Notes: generated by a model not told the origin, from the letters alone. A stretch of DNA of 64,000 nucleotides from Chiloscyllium plagiosum (GCF_004010195.1 NC_057714.1:35097994-35161993); one strand, 5' to 3'; positions 25,583-39,847 are shown, counted from the first letter of the stretch. Made by a program: numbers and translations.

Positions 25583-25844
25583 AGTTTGTGCGAAGATTTG
25601 TAGCTCGGGTGCTCGTTGCTGTGGTTCTGTTCGCCGAGCTAGGTTTTTGTTGCAAACGTTTCGTCCCCTGGCTAGGCGACATCATCAGTGCTTGGGAGCC
25701 TCCTGCGAAGCGCTTCTTTGATGTTTCCTCCGGTGTTTATAGTGGTCTGTCCCTGCCGCTTCCGGTTGTCAGTTTCAGCTGTCCGCTGTAGTGGTTGGTA
25801 TATTGGGTCCAGGTCAAACTCCATCAACAAACACATCGACCTGG
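25583..25844 (-). mobile_element. Young Penelope-like 3' end with short terminal inversion
   Basis: CpG-rich; minus strand DLDPIY, then plus strand NSINKHIDL at about 25817-25843. Confidence 0.85.
25652..25691 (-). ncRNA. Minimal hammerhead ribozyme motif, intact
   Basis: GCA CUGAUGA U GUCGCCU-AGCC-AGGGGAC GAAA CG UU^UGC. Confidence 0.85.
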
Positions 25845-28836
25845 CTTCCCATCTGTGCGTTCATGGTTTGTATGGCCTTCCAGCACTCAGAGTGGCAGAG
25901 AGTCTTTCTTTTATCTGCACTAAAAGGTTGTCTAATAGCAGTTCTCAAGCTGTAAATCTTGCAGCACATTTGTCAACACTAGCACGTTAGCCCATGAACA
26001 CATCCAGTCCAGGGGTTGCAGATGGATTTTTAACATTTATTTTTCTTATGTCTATTCCTGAGAAGGTAAAACTTGTCTGCAGCTTGGGCTATAATCCACA
26101 GGAGATTTGTTTTTTTTTTAACTGACAGTAGCAGTCAGCTCCTTGTTTTCTCTTCTTTTCATGTTTCTCTGTTTAAAGATTCCCAGACAGCCCACGGGTG
26201 TGACAATCCATTAGTTCACACAAGGTTTTACCAGACAGCCGCTACATCTATATCCACAGTTATTTTTTAGCTATGTATATGCTTTTAAAAATCATGTCCT
26301 GTAATTAGAAGTCCAATAGGTCCATAATAGATCTACTGCTACGACGACAATTAAGATAACATTTTATGCTATCTAGGGTACAACTAAATACTGTTCAAAA
26401 GGAATTTTACATATACCAGTTGGCATTTAAACACAACTAGTTTAGGCAATTCATGAGAAAATTCCATGTAAAACACTAGCAAGTAATTTAATATACATAT
26501 TAAGCTTTCTATAAAAGTTCAATTACACACAAAATGGGGAATTACAATTTTTTAATACTGACAAGTTTATAAAATGAGGATTTTGTTAATTCCTTAGTAT
26601 TGCCATGCTGCGCCATAATTCTCCACATATTGCAGTATTCTCATTACAGTACAAAAGTAAGTTCCACTTTGTCGAGTGGAACTTTAAAGTGAAAGTAATG
26701 AATGGATTAATGTTAGAACTTTGTTGCAAATCGAGAATGGGCTATTGGCCAGTTCTTGTTTTTCTCTTTTCAGTTTATGAATTCACATTGTGTTAGTTGA
26801 GAGTTCCTGACATATGTCAGTGCTTGTGGTGGAAGTTCTAACATTGCGTGTCATTACCATTACAAAATAGGCAACAGCATTGTTGGACTGTAGAAAACCA
26901 GCTGAGCCAAACTGAACATGATGCAAAGTATCCATAGATTGACAGCAGAAATACAAAGTTATCCTTTTTCATTACTTAGACATGCCCTAATTCCAAATCT
27001 ATTGCAAATTTCCATATTTCCAAATCATTACCTCCTCTTGGAGTATTTTGCCATCCAAACAATATATATGAATGGCAAGATATCAGATCCCTCACTGGAT
27101 TTAAAGTCGGGTCACATCTCTTTGATTTTGAAATCTGTAATGGATCTATTATGAGAAATATATTAGACTGAGTTGACACTTACTCCCTTGGGATACAGTG
27201 AGATTGATGTAAATACTCTGTTCTGAACCAACTGTATTTGAATTCTAGCAACTAACAATATTTGATTTAAACAATGTTGATTATACACTATATAACGTAA
27301 TATGCCATTTTTAATTGTTCACTGTGAGGCATTTTCAAACAAAGCCATGTTAAACAAACTATTCAGTCTGAATATCTGACAAGCAAAACATGACTACTGA
27401 AAATAAACAGATTTGCATATGCTTCTTGATATGTAAATTACACTTAATTTATTGAAAATAAATTCTAAGCCTATTGTGCAAACAGGAAATCCAGGCATTT
27501 GAATTGGGTTATGAATTACAACACATTGTTCTATCTCTCTGGGACTATGTTCAAATTCAAACAGGACTAATGGAATGAAAGTCCATGCTTCTGTCAACTG
27601 CAAAGATCCAACATGAGATAAGTGTGACAAGTCTCAATTTGGTTTCTAATGGGCTCCAGATCGCAGCAAAAAAAAAATCCATTTTTTAATTGCAGCAACA
27701 CTATGGCAGTCCAATTCAGATAGATGTCAAAGAATGTAACAGAAATGCTGCACTGATAGCATAAGCAGTACTTCGACAAAACAAAGGTTGGCATTTATTT
27801 TAAGTGTAAAGCAGGTTGACCTTTATTCTAGACAATTTGAGACCGAACGAAAAAAGTTTCAATAGCATTGCTGCTTTGAGGTTCTTGCTGATCCATCAGC
27901 TACTAAACTAATCTGAAAAATAATGGCCATCTAAAATGAAATAGTAATACTCAGAAGTCGTGAATCTTGATTTTCTACTGTGTTAATACCAAATTTATGG
28001 TGTTACATTAGCAGCCAGGTCAGCTGTCTCCTGCAAGAAGTGGATTTGTTCCTTCTTTACTGGTGTTTGCCCCTTCTAATGCATTACTTTATTGTTGATA
28101 GATTATTTTAGAACAACAGCTAACGTCATTCAAATTTATCTCTGAGAATGAAATGCCATGGTGTTAGGAGTGTTTGGGGTGTGCTTTAGGAGAGTTATTT
28201 TTCTTTTCCTCTGGCTGTGAGTCAGAAATCAGGCAGCTGAAATGGACTCACAAACATATTCTTCCAAAACGAGATATAATTTTTTTTTACTGTTGGTATT
28301 ATTCAAGTATCAGACAAATAAAGATGATGCACCATTATTTTATTATTTGCTTTCCTTGTGGATGCAGTTTGCATGGCAATAGTACAGCACTTTGCTTATT
28401 CCAGGGTTGTCTCACCTGTTTAATTCTGATAGGTGTTAAATGACACCAGCTGCCCTTTTTAACAATGAAACATTAAAATTATCATTTATGATTTACAACG
28501 TATTTGCATGCCACATAGTTTTTTTTGGCTCTAAGTGAATATTGCTCACACTGGCTACATTACAGAGAAAGGTTGGAGCATTGCCATTCCTTAAAGCCAT
28601 CAAAGAAGGAAGACAACATAACGTCAGAAAAATTCGAATACAATATATACTATGGAGAATAGAAGTACATGTTTAAAATGGCTTTGCAACTCAAGAAACA
28701 CTGTGTGGAGTCTCACAATGTTTTGAATGATATGGGATGTGGCATGATTTGTTGCAGAACTGAGTGAGAAGTCCAGAGAGGGCCATCTCAATCTTGGAGA
28801 ATTTTGTTCTGTCTTTTATACTTTTCACAATCAGTG

Positions 28837-30470
28837 TGGCAAGATTCTCACTAGGCAGAAAATGCAACCAATTCATGGTGAGTAACAATTGTTAACTGTC
28901 TTGGTGACAGCCTAACTCATTAATATTCAGTTTTCCATCTTACCAAACTTGCCAAAAGACTAGACTACGAGAAAACTCAGCTCAAAAACCAGAATGGGTA
29001 GCTGGCAAATTAATTCATCTCTTGGTTCAAAGGACTTCCATATTGGACACTGTCACCAACATCACAGGGCACGCTCCATGGGCACTAGCTACACAAATGC
29101 CAGGTCGAAGGACATTGACATCTAATATGTGCTAGCTCTCATGGTACTCTCATGGTACCACTCCGACCCACCTACAGGACATTTCTGCACCTCAATGCTG
29201 CACATCATGGCACAACAGCAACTACAATTGCAATGCTGCAGCAAGCACACTGTGCACTAAGGGACACAGACTCAACTCATGGACTAGACCATGTTGCATC
29301 TCTGGGCTCTTCACTTGCAGTCGCAGCGCTCACTCACTCGGATGCTCAAAGAATTCCTCTCTTGCATTGTGTTACCTTGCCTTTTTGTGTTTCACCTTTT
29401 GTGCCAGAGATACCAGAGTCATATACCTTCTGCTTTGCCTTGCTTTTTCGCATCAACACAAAGGAACACAGCCTGTCATGGCTGTCAATAGGCTTTGGTC
29501 AAGTCAAGTGAAGTGAATAGCCCTCATTAGGGCGTCTTAGCACAGTGTCAAGGACAGCCTCCGACACAAGTCCAGGAGCTTATTAACAGACAGTGTGCAA
29601 CTCGGGGTAGTCAGATTCAGGATGGTCTTTATAAAAGTGGTGAGGAGTCAAACGTCTATTATCCCATAACATATCGTGACTCTTTCTGCCTTACTGGGGA
29701 CTGTTTTTCTCTTGGAATGAAAGAGAGAGAGAGAGAGAGAGAGAGAGATAGGTAAGAAGGGAAATGAAAATGGATGGCATAGCCATTACTTTTGGTGCCA
29801 CTGGGGATGTGATTGAATAGGCAGTGGAGAGGGCATGCAGGTCTGGAGACCAGGCACTTGCTCACCCCACTGCAGGAAGGACCCTGTAGTGACAGACTTC
29901 ATCCAGATGTACAGTGAGGATCAGCAATGGTTGGTGATGTACAAGAGACACTCGTCCTCATCACTGAGATGCTACAGCAATGCAGCCATTACTGCAATAC
30001 ACTGGACAACACCACTTGAAATCTGCAGCACTGCAGCCAGTCTTGTGAACATCTGCCTACCTCCATAGACAGACAGGGCCAGCATGCTCAGGGGCTGCTG
30101 CAGAGTCACCAACATCTGTACTGCGTCACCCCATGCGTTGGTCCTCAGGAACAAAGGCAGGGTGAGAGTAGAATGGGGAGCCTTCACCGTCCAGGAGACA
30201 GGATGGTGCTGCAGGGCACTCAGTCAGAGGAGGAGTCACAAACAGACCCTTCAAATGTCTCCAATCTGAACACTGCAGAGGTGGCTGAGCCCTTCACCTC
30301 CAGCCGGCCTGCAACACCTCCCCCACCCCCACCCACCTCTCACCCCAGCCCACCTTTCGAATATTGTCTTCCAGGTAAGGAGGTCAAAGTGCCTCTGACA
30401 AGGACGCCCTCAGCACTTCTGACACTTCCAGATCCCAAGCACTCTCAGGCTCACCCAACCAAACTCCAGA
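28837..30470 (+). mobile_element. Probable Harbinger-derived relic
   Basis: Starts GGCAAGATTCTC, similar to the 4946 terminus; GC-richer body; contains (GA)n at 29722-29748. Confidence 0.3.
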
Positions 30471-30478
30471 GTCAATAG

Positions 30479-31296
30479 AGGGGACAATGAAGTGGTCAGC
30501 CACAGGGCGGTGGAGATGTGTCCTAGCGATGTTCTATGAAACGTTCTGCAAGTTGGCACTCTGTCCCACCAATGTAGAGGAGACCACATCGAGAGCAATG
30601 GACACACTAGATGACGTATGTGGAGGTGCAGGAGAATCACTGTCAAATTTGAAAGGATCTTTTGGGTCCTTGGATGGAGATGAGGGAGGAGGTGAGGGCA
30701 CAGGTTTTACACCTCTTTTGGTGGCAAGGGAAGGAGTGGAGGATGAGGGGTGGGGACCTAACAAGGGAGTCACGGAGGGTATGGTCTCTGCAGAAAGTGG
30801 ATAGTGGTGGGGAGGGAAATATATCTCTGGTGGTGGGATCTGTTTTGTAGGTGGCAGAAATAGCAGAGGAAGATGCGTTGGTTGGTTGGGTGGAAGGTGA
30901 GGACCGGGGTTTCTGTCCTTGTTGCGATTGGAGGGGTGGGGCTCAAGGGCAGTGGTGCAGGAAGTGGAGGAGATGCACTGGAGGGCATTGTTGATCACAT
31001 GGGAGGCGAAGTTGCGGTTCTTGAAGAAGGAAGCCATTTGAAGTGGAATTGGTCATCCTGGGAGCAAATGCGGCAGAGACGGAGGAATTGGGAGGAAAAG
31101 ATAGCGTTTTTACAGAAGGGGATTGGGAGTAGGTGTAGTCCAGGTAGCTGTTGTAGTTGGTGCATTTGAAGTAGGTGTCCATATTGAGTCGGTTACCAGA
31201 AATAGAGATGGAGAGGTCCAGGAAGGGGAGGTGTCCGAGATTGTCCAGGTGAACTTGAGGTCACAGTGGAAGGTGTTTATGAAGTTGATGAAGCGT
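30479..31296 (-). mobile_element. Penelope-like RT C-terminus/GIY-YIG fragment, inverted
   Basis: FINFINTFHCDLKFTW, SYLDYT, MASFFKNRNF. Confidence 0.92.
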
Positions 31297-33530
31297 TCAC
31301 CCTCTCCCACATCCAACACACTCCATCCACTTGGACAGCCCGCACTGGTCTGTTACCTGCCCTCAATCTCTTCATTTCCAACTGCTGTTGTGACATTGAC
31401 CACCTCAACCTGCCCACCCCTCTCACCCACTCCAACCTCTCACCCTTGCAATGCACAGCCATGCATTCCCTCGGCTCCAACTCCAACCTCACCATCAAAA
31501 CAAGCAGACAAGGCGGTAGCAATGATAGGTTGGCGCACTGACCACTACGCCGCTGAAGCCAGGCACCAACTTGCAGACACCTCCTCCAACTACTCCCTCA
31601 ACCATGACCGCACCTCTCATTACTCAACTATCATCTTCCTGACCATTCACAACCTCATCAAATCAGAGGATCTCCCACCCACAGCCTCCAATCTCATAGT
31701 CCAGGAACCCCACACTGCCCAGTTCTACCTCCTACCCAAGAGTCACAAACCTGACTGCCCTGGCCAACCTATATCTCTACCTGCTCCTATCCCACTCAAC
31801 TCATCTCCACATACCTTGACACTATCCTGTCCCCCTCAGTCCAGGAAACCACCCGTGTCTTCCATCTCCTCCATGACTTTCGGTTCCCTGGCCCCCAATG
31901 CCTCATCTTCACCCTGGACATCCAATCCTGTACATGTCTATCCTCCTGACAAAGGCCTCCAAGCCCTCTGCTTCTTCCTCTCCTGTCAACCCAACCAGTA
32001 CCCTACCATTGACACACTCATTCGATTAGCTGAATTGGTTCTCATTCTCAACAATTTATCCTTTGAGTCCTCCCACTTCCCTCAATCCAAAGGGTTAGCC
32101 ATAGGCCCCAGCTATGCCTGTCTCTTCGTTGGGTACAGTCCATCTTCCGTAGCTACACCGGCAGCACTCCCCACATTTTCCTCCACCACATCGATCACTA
32201 TATCAGCACTACAAGAAGGTTGAACAGTTCAACAACCTTAACAAACACCTTCCACCCCGACCTCAAGTTCACTTGGACCATCTTGGAAATCTCCCTCCCC
32301 TTCCTGGACCTCACTATCTCTATTTCTGGCGACCGACTCAACACGGACATCTACTTCAAACCAACCGACTCCCACACTTACCTGGCCTACATCTCCTCTC
32401 ACCCACCCTCCAGTAAAAAAGCTATGCCTTACTCCCAATTCCTCTCCTTCTGCCGTATGCGCTCCCAGGAGGACTAATTCCCCTCCAGAACATTCCAGGT
32501 GGCTTCCTTCTTCATGGTCAACAATGGTCAACAATGTCCTTCAGAGCATCGCCTCTACTTCCCGCACCTCTCCCATTGAATCCCCTGCCCTCCAAGTGCA
32601 ACAATGACTGAATACCCCAATCCTCACCTTCCACCCAACAACCTCCGGAAACAACCTATCATCTCTGCCATTTCTGCCACCAACAAACAGACCACCATCA
32701 GAGATATATTTCGCTCTCACCACTTCTGCTTTCCGCAGAGACCATTCCCTTTGTGACTCCCTTGTTAGGTCCATGCCCCACCACTATCCCACCCTCCACT
32801 CCGGCACCTTCCTTGTCCACCAAAAAAGGTGTAAAATCTTCGCTCACACCTTCCCCCTCACCTCTATCCAAGGCCCCAAAGGATCCTTCCACATACGTCA
32901 GAGATTCTCCTGCATCTCTACACACACCATCTACTGTGTCCGTTGTTCTTGATGTGGTCTCCTCCACATTGAGGAGACAGGACGCCAAAGTGCGGAACAT
33001 TTCAGAGAACATCTTTGCGACACATGCACTAAACAATCCCACTGCCCTGTGGCTGAACACTTCAAATCCCCCTCCCACTCTGCTAAGGACATGGAAATCC
33101 TGGGCCTCCTTCACTGCAAAATCCCAGCCACCCGACATCTGGAGGGAGAACGCCTCATCTTCCACCATCCAACCCCCCAACCTCACGGGATCAATGTCGA
33201 TTTCACCAGTTTGTTCATTTCCCCTTCCCCACTTTCCACCCCAATCCACCTCAGCACTGCCCTCCTGAACTATCCTACCATCCATATTCCTTCCTATCTC
33301 TCCGCTCCACCCTCTACTCTGACCTATCACCATCACCTTCATCTACCTATCGCATTCCCAGCTACCTTCCTCCTTGCCCCACCTTCTCCCATTTATCTCT
33401 CAGCCCTCTTGTCCCCACCCCCACCCCTTCATTTCTGGTGAAAGGCTTATGCTTGAAACATTGACTCTCCTGCTCCTCAGATGCTGCCTGACCAGCTGTG
33501 CTTTTCCAGCATCATACCTTTTGACTCCGA
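31297..33530 (+). mobile_element. Penelope-like element: decayed RT, GIY-YIG and pseudo-LTR
   Basis: IK.ADKG, FYLLPKSHKPDCPG.PI, GPSYACLFVG, TFHPDLKFTW, IYCVRCS, AEHFKSPSH; decayed hammerhead at 33431-33466. Confidence 0.93.
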
Positions 33531-33724
33531 TCTCACATTCTCCCTTATTTTTGATGTGTCAATCTTTAGTGTTTCCTGGAGTGTTTTCCACTCTTTCACC
33601 CCAAAGTTACTCATTATCTACCTACCTCAGATCTATAGCATCCCTCTTGTCCGATACCAGTCTGATACCTTTCGCTAAATGGTAGCTGCAAGAACTCACC
33701 ACTGCTAAGATGGACCAGTATCCC

Positions 33725-34380
33725 TGGCACCCACACTACCTTGAAAAGGCCATTGACAGTGGAACTTACAAAAACTATCCTGCAGATAGAGGACATAGAC
33801 CTGACTAATTTGCAAGTTTTTACAATTGCCAAGGCCATACAATTGGCTAAGTACATCAGGATAAAAATTTATGCAAAAGCCGAGAGGGTAAAGTTAATTT
33901 AAGTATGAGCACAGCATTTGGAATTAGTGGAAGTACAAGAGAGAGCAGGTATTCCAAATAATGAATCTTTGGAGGTAGTTGAGATTGAGTAACAGCGAAA
34001 GCAGCCTGAGTATGGTAAAGAAATAGACTGTATGAGATGAAAAGAAAAGATCATTAGAATTGCAAACAATTGCACTGGAGATGAAAAGGAAAATGATAAA
34101 GACAGAGAACTTAAAAAGCTGGATCTTAAATTGCAAAGGAAAAGTGAGGAGAAACAAGAGAGAGGAAGCGGAAGAAACCAAATTCCAGTTTAAAAGACTG
34201 CAGGTTAAACTACTAACCTCAGATGGAAAAGAAAGTTCCAGCTGTAATCCAAAGTCCAGGAAGGAAATGCTTAAATTTTTATAGGCCCTACCAAAATTTA
34301 AGGAATGACATGTGGAATCATTCTTAATATTGTTTGAAGAAATAGCAAAACAAATGAAATGGCTGAAGAGAAACTGGATT
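33725..34380 (+). pseudogene. Gypsy (Gmr1-like) gag relic
   Basis: E/K/R-rich coil followed by LPKFKE*HVESFLILFEEIAKQMKWLKRNW. Confidence 0.7.
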
Positions 34381-37300
34381 GGAGATGTGTTATGATGATG
34401 CAGAGAAGCTGGTGCATGTCAGATATTGCTATCCGTGGATGTGGGATGTATCCAGCTGCTGCCTTGAGAAGCAAACAGCAAGCCTGAGTTATCAGGTACC
34501 TGGTCAGACTTTCACACTGGGAATTCTTCATGTCTAGTTTCTGTCCGAGGGGTGAAAGAATGGAAGACTGAATATTAGTGTATTAATGAGGTGAAAATAG
34601 ATAGTAATAAGGGTGAAAATGAGTGATAATTCATGCTAATAAGACATCTTACTATTTACATACAAGAATCTCATCATTCAGCACTTGACTGGAAAATGCA
34701 ACTTTTTGGTCTCAATATTAAGAAGGGCCATGCTCAACATCTCATTCGCTTTTCCCAAATTCCATGCCATAACCCACATTGTTCAAACCAGGGAAGTTTC
34801 CACCCATTCTTTCAGAGCCACAAAAAAGGCAAGTGCTTACCCATATAAAGAGCTTAATGCATTTGGCCCACCTCCGACAGAAAATTAGATGACAAAATAA
34901 CAAAATATACCCAAGCCGTTCTGAGGGAATGGTAAAGAGAATGATTTATGATTTGCAGAACTTGACCAGGGAAATAGTTCACAGCTTAATCATGGTCAAG
35001 ATCAGAACCAAATCGAAGACCTATTCACCTCCCATGTCGAAAAGGGAGCACAGTCTGCAGAATTGCAAAACTTCCAGACCGCTTGTATTTGTGAGACTTG
35101 AGGAGAGATGGGTTAATGATAAATGCAAAAGTACTTATATATGTGGATGTAGAAATGTTTTTGGTTGAAGTATCAAATAGTCTCGCATGAGGTCCTAATG
35201 GGGATTTGTTTTTAATTCATTCATGTGAACTATTATTTCCTTGTGTTTTCCAAAATCTTTCTTGACTCATTTTACTTCAAGTCTGTGACTATGGCAACAC
35301 TGGTTAGAAATTCAGCAGGTGTTATTGCATACAGTTCTTCTCTCAGTAAATCTGCTATGGATTCAATGGCATTGTTTGTAATTTCATCAGTAACCAGCAG
35401 AACCATTGAACTATTCAAAGTATTGCTTGCATTCAAACAAACTAATTGAACAAATTCAGCTTGAGAAAGGGAATTAAAGTTTTATTTCCAGTACATCTCT
35501 ATTTTGACAATGACAAGAACATGAGATGTGATAATACATTTCAATCTTATGTTTATCATTTGGTTGTCTGTTTGTAAATAAAGAGTTACAATAATTCGAT
35601 GCAGGTCCACTGCCACTTAATAAGTCAGCCCATTGATAAGCTTGGATTGGATTTCAACAACCATGAAGTAGGTCAAACAAGCATAGGGATTAAGATACCC
35701 TGGTGTCATAATAAGTCCATTGCCCAGTCAACATACACATCTTTTAACTGATTATACATAAATTAGACTCAAACGTATGCCATAATAACCATTTTAAAGA
35801 CATCTTTCCTCAGAATGCATGCAATTTGGAGGATTTAAGCATTGTCTTTACCACCAAAAGTTCTAAATGTTTTGTTTGCATGGCCTGATCTCTGTGAAAG
35901 CAACACTGAAATGGGTGAAAAATGATCTGTGCCGATAGGTACAAAGAATAATATGGTGCTTGGGACAGGAATGAGGTTCAACCAGAGGGCAGAGCTCTTA
36001 GTTTCACACTCCTGAGCAGCAATAATATTTTGAATTGTTTTAAACTTGGATGTGTCGGAACCACAGGCTGTTTAAAAAAAATCCTGCCAGATGGTGTGCA
36101 TTATCTTTTTCTGGCAAAGCAGCATTAATTGCAGAGAAGCCTGAGGCTGCACTCAGCTCATCAGTGTGATAACACTACATGACCCTGATTATCTGTCAAT
36201 CTGCTCAATTAAAAGAATCATTTAGATATTCACCCAATCATTTGCCCATCCAGCCACCTGGGCCTCAACCAGGCTCCTTTTTAATGCTGGCCTCTCGCTT
36301 TGCGTGGTTTTTACATGTTTCGAAAAGATGTAATTGAACTAAATAAAGCGTCTTGAGGGCAGCTGTAACATCTGCTGTTTGTGGTATGTCAAGCCTTCAG
36401 CTTTAAAAACAGTTACATATGCTCCAAATTAGCGGGTCACAGAGATGAAGCAGTTGATGATAGTGTTTTCGCTTGCATGATAAGCAGCATGCAGCTGTGT
36501 GCAATTTACAATTAAAGGTTGCTCAGAGCTCAGTTGCAATGGTGAATAAAGTGGCAAGAGGTCAGTCAGTGAATTAGACCAATTAGAGCTGAATTATCTC
36601 TTCTCTTACACTCTGATAAGCAGCTCTGTCACTGGTTTCAGACAGTTTCCAAACCTAAACGTACTTTCTGATCTGTTATGGTAACATTGAACATAAAAGC
36701 ATGCAGTCATTGTGCTGGAGAACCATTTTTGTATTCACTCTTGACTTTTGTATTGACAACTACATGTATACACTTTTAAAATAATATTATCTCTTGGAGA
36801 TACTTAAGAGTTGTGAGTCAGGTGTCATTTGTCATACAGAATGCACATTTAATAGGTAGTTTTGAATCGTTTCAAGGGGCAATGTTAGATGATCTGAGGC
36901 TGACCATTATGGCAGTTTGGTGTTAGTTTACTCCCTGTTCTACAGGGCACCAGTCTGCAACATTATAACTGGATGATCCATCAACCACTGCATGAATTCT
37001 AAATCTGAGGGTAGATGCTTTCCTGCAGGCAAGAGATGAAAATTAAAAAAATATATTCTAGCTGTCCTTTGATATCTCCAAATATTTTGAGATACTTTGT
37101 CAGTGATTTTGAGTGAATCATCTGGGTAGTTCATGATGGAGGGAAAGCCACAAAAAAATGGATGAGAGGAAAAATATTCTGTAATCCTAACATTGGAAAT
37201 TGATAATAGTGGGTTGTGTACCAAAATTTAAAGAAAACTTAAAAACCCTCAAAAGTAATCTCTAATTCTCAACAGAGACAGAAGACCAAACACTATATGT

Positions 37301-38342
37301 ATTTTTGCCTGCATTTACATAATTCAAGGGAAATATCCTTGCTGAGTACTCCCTGTAGCTACCTATAAACTACCCCCAAAGGAAATCCAGTATGATCCCT
37401 AATAGTTTAAGTACACATTTTGCACTGTGTGTTATTCCCTATAGGAAAATAAGGCTTATGTAAGTAGCTGCTGTTACAATTGACTTTACATGTTTTGTTG
37501 CTTATTTATTAAAACCAATCTGTACAACTTTGACATCGCAATCATTTTGAACTACAGGGAAGGGTATTTTAAAATGTTCTACTTTTGTTTTACAACCAAT
37601 TCGTAAAACACCAAAGTACCAAGCTTCAGGGATTTTTGATTGAACTGTATTGAACAATCTGTAATTCTAACATTGCTAAATGACAGAAGTAGGTTTTGTA
37701 CCAAAGTTAAAATCTTAAATCCCACCTTTATAGTTCAATCAAAATTGGCATGCATTTGACTTTGTTCAGAGTGAACTCAGATGTACTATGGAACATTAAA
37801 TGCAGGAAATAAATCCAGTGTTCAGTTGTGATAAGTAGCTCTGTCCTGAAATATAACTTTTCCAACTAATGAACCACTGTTCAGTGGGTTAATGGTGGTG
37901 TCTCTGCTGCAATTAGAGGCTTGTATCAATCAGTGATAAATGTTATGGTGAGTAGTACTGCTCATTAAACAATCTCTGGGAGATGTTTAGAAATTACTGT
38001 TCATCTAGCAAAGGTTCGAATTCAGGCTTGTCAGTTCAACAACGAGAAACTATATTCTTTGAATGAATAGCGACAAGAAGAAAATAAAGCTGTGAAGTCA
38101 GAGTGGTTCCGAGAATGGTGATGGAAATTCATAACAAAGTCAACTGATTACTACTTAATAAACTTATCATGTAGTGATGCCAGCAATTATAATGCACTTC
38201 TGTTGGGTACAGAATAATGAATTGCAACTTAAGGAAAAGTTCACATTAAATTCAACAATTCATTAACTAAATTTCATAACTTCTTTCTATTCCTATCTAT
38301 TTTTTAAAGTGAGGGAGGTCAGGATGTGTAAGGAATTTTTAA

Positions 38343-39780
38343 GGGACCCAGCTATGCCTGCCTCTTTGTCAGATACGTGGAACAGTCCATCTTCCGTAGT
38401 TACACTGGCACCTACCCCACCTTTTCCTCCACTACATTGATGACTGTATTGGTGCCACCTCGTGCTCCCACGAGGAGATTGAACAGTTCATCAACTTCAT
38501 AAACACCTTCCACCATGACCTCAAGTTCACCTGGACCATCTCGGATATCTCCCTCCCCTTCCTGGACCTCTCCATCTCCATTTCTGGCAACCGACTCAAT
38601 ATGGACATCTACTGATTCCTACAGCTACCTAGACTACACCTCCTCTCATTCCCCCGCTCCCTGTAAAAACACTATGACTTTCTCCCAATTCCTCTGGCTC
38701 CACTGTATTTGCTCCGGGGAGGAGCAATTCCACTCCAGAACATCCCAATTGGCCTCCTATTTCAAGGATCACAATTTCCCCTCCTATGTGGTCAACAATG
38801 CCTTCCAGCGCATCTCCTCCACTTCCCGCACCTCCGCTCTTGAACCCCACCCCTCCAACCGCAACAACGAAAGAACCCTGCCCCTCCCCTCCCCAGGTCC
38901 TCACCTACCACCCCAACAATTTCTGGATACATCGCATCATCCTCCACCATTTCAGCCACCTACGGTCAGACCCTACCACCAGAGATATATTTCCCTCTCT
39001 GCCCCTTTCAGCATTCTGCAGAGACCATTCCCTCTGTAACTCTCTTGTTAGGTCCACACCCCCCACCAACCCACCCTTCACTCCTGGTACCTTCCCCTGC
39101 CACTGCAAGAGGTGTAAAACCTGAACCCACATTTTTCCTGTCACCTCCATCCAAGGCGCCAAAGGATCCTTTCACATGCAGCAGCAATTTTCCTGCACAT
39201 CCCAACAGCTCATCTACTGTGTCCATTGCCCTTGATGTGGTCTGCTCTACACTGGGGAAACAGGACCCCAACTCACGGAACATTTCTGAGAACGTCTCCG
39301 GGACACAGGCACCAACGAACCCCACCACACTGTTGCCGGCCACTTCAACTTCCCCTCCCACTCCGCCAAGGACATACAAGTCCTAGGGCCCTCCACCGCC
39401 AAATCCAAGCCACCCAATGACTGGAGGAAGAACACCTCATCTCCTGCCTTGGGACCCTCCAACCACATGGCATCAAAATCAACTTCACCAACTTCCTCAC
39501 CTCCCTTTCCCCTACCACAACCCTCTAACCCAGCACCGCCCTCCTGACCTGTCCTACCTGTCCATCTTCCTTCCCACCTATCCACTCCAAACTATCACCA
39601 TCAATTCCCACCTGCAACTACCTATCGCTTTCCCAGCTACCTACCCCCAGCCCCACCCCCTTCCTATTTATCACTCAGCCCTGTTCCCCCACCCTTTTTT
39701 TGATGAAGGGCTTAGGTCCAAAAGGTCAACTCTCCTGCTCCTCGACCTCCTGTGCTTTTCCAACATCACACTTTTTGACT
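38343..39780 (+). mobile_element. Penelope-like element, 5' truncated
   Basis: GPSYACLFV, LHYIDDCIG, FPCHCKRCKT and GIY-YIG remnant; decayed hammerhead at about 39700-39730. Confidence 0.93.
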
Positions 39781-39847
39781 GGAACATATATAACTTGATC
39801 TGACAAGAAACAATTAACATTTCCACCCACATAAGTGCTAAACTTGT

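Noticed and set aside
31123-32223. Longest ORF (366 aa) as a real gene
   Set aside because: It crosses the inversion junction of decayed Penelope pieces and drifts in and out of the RT frame.
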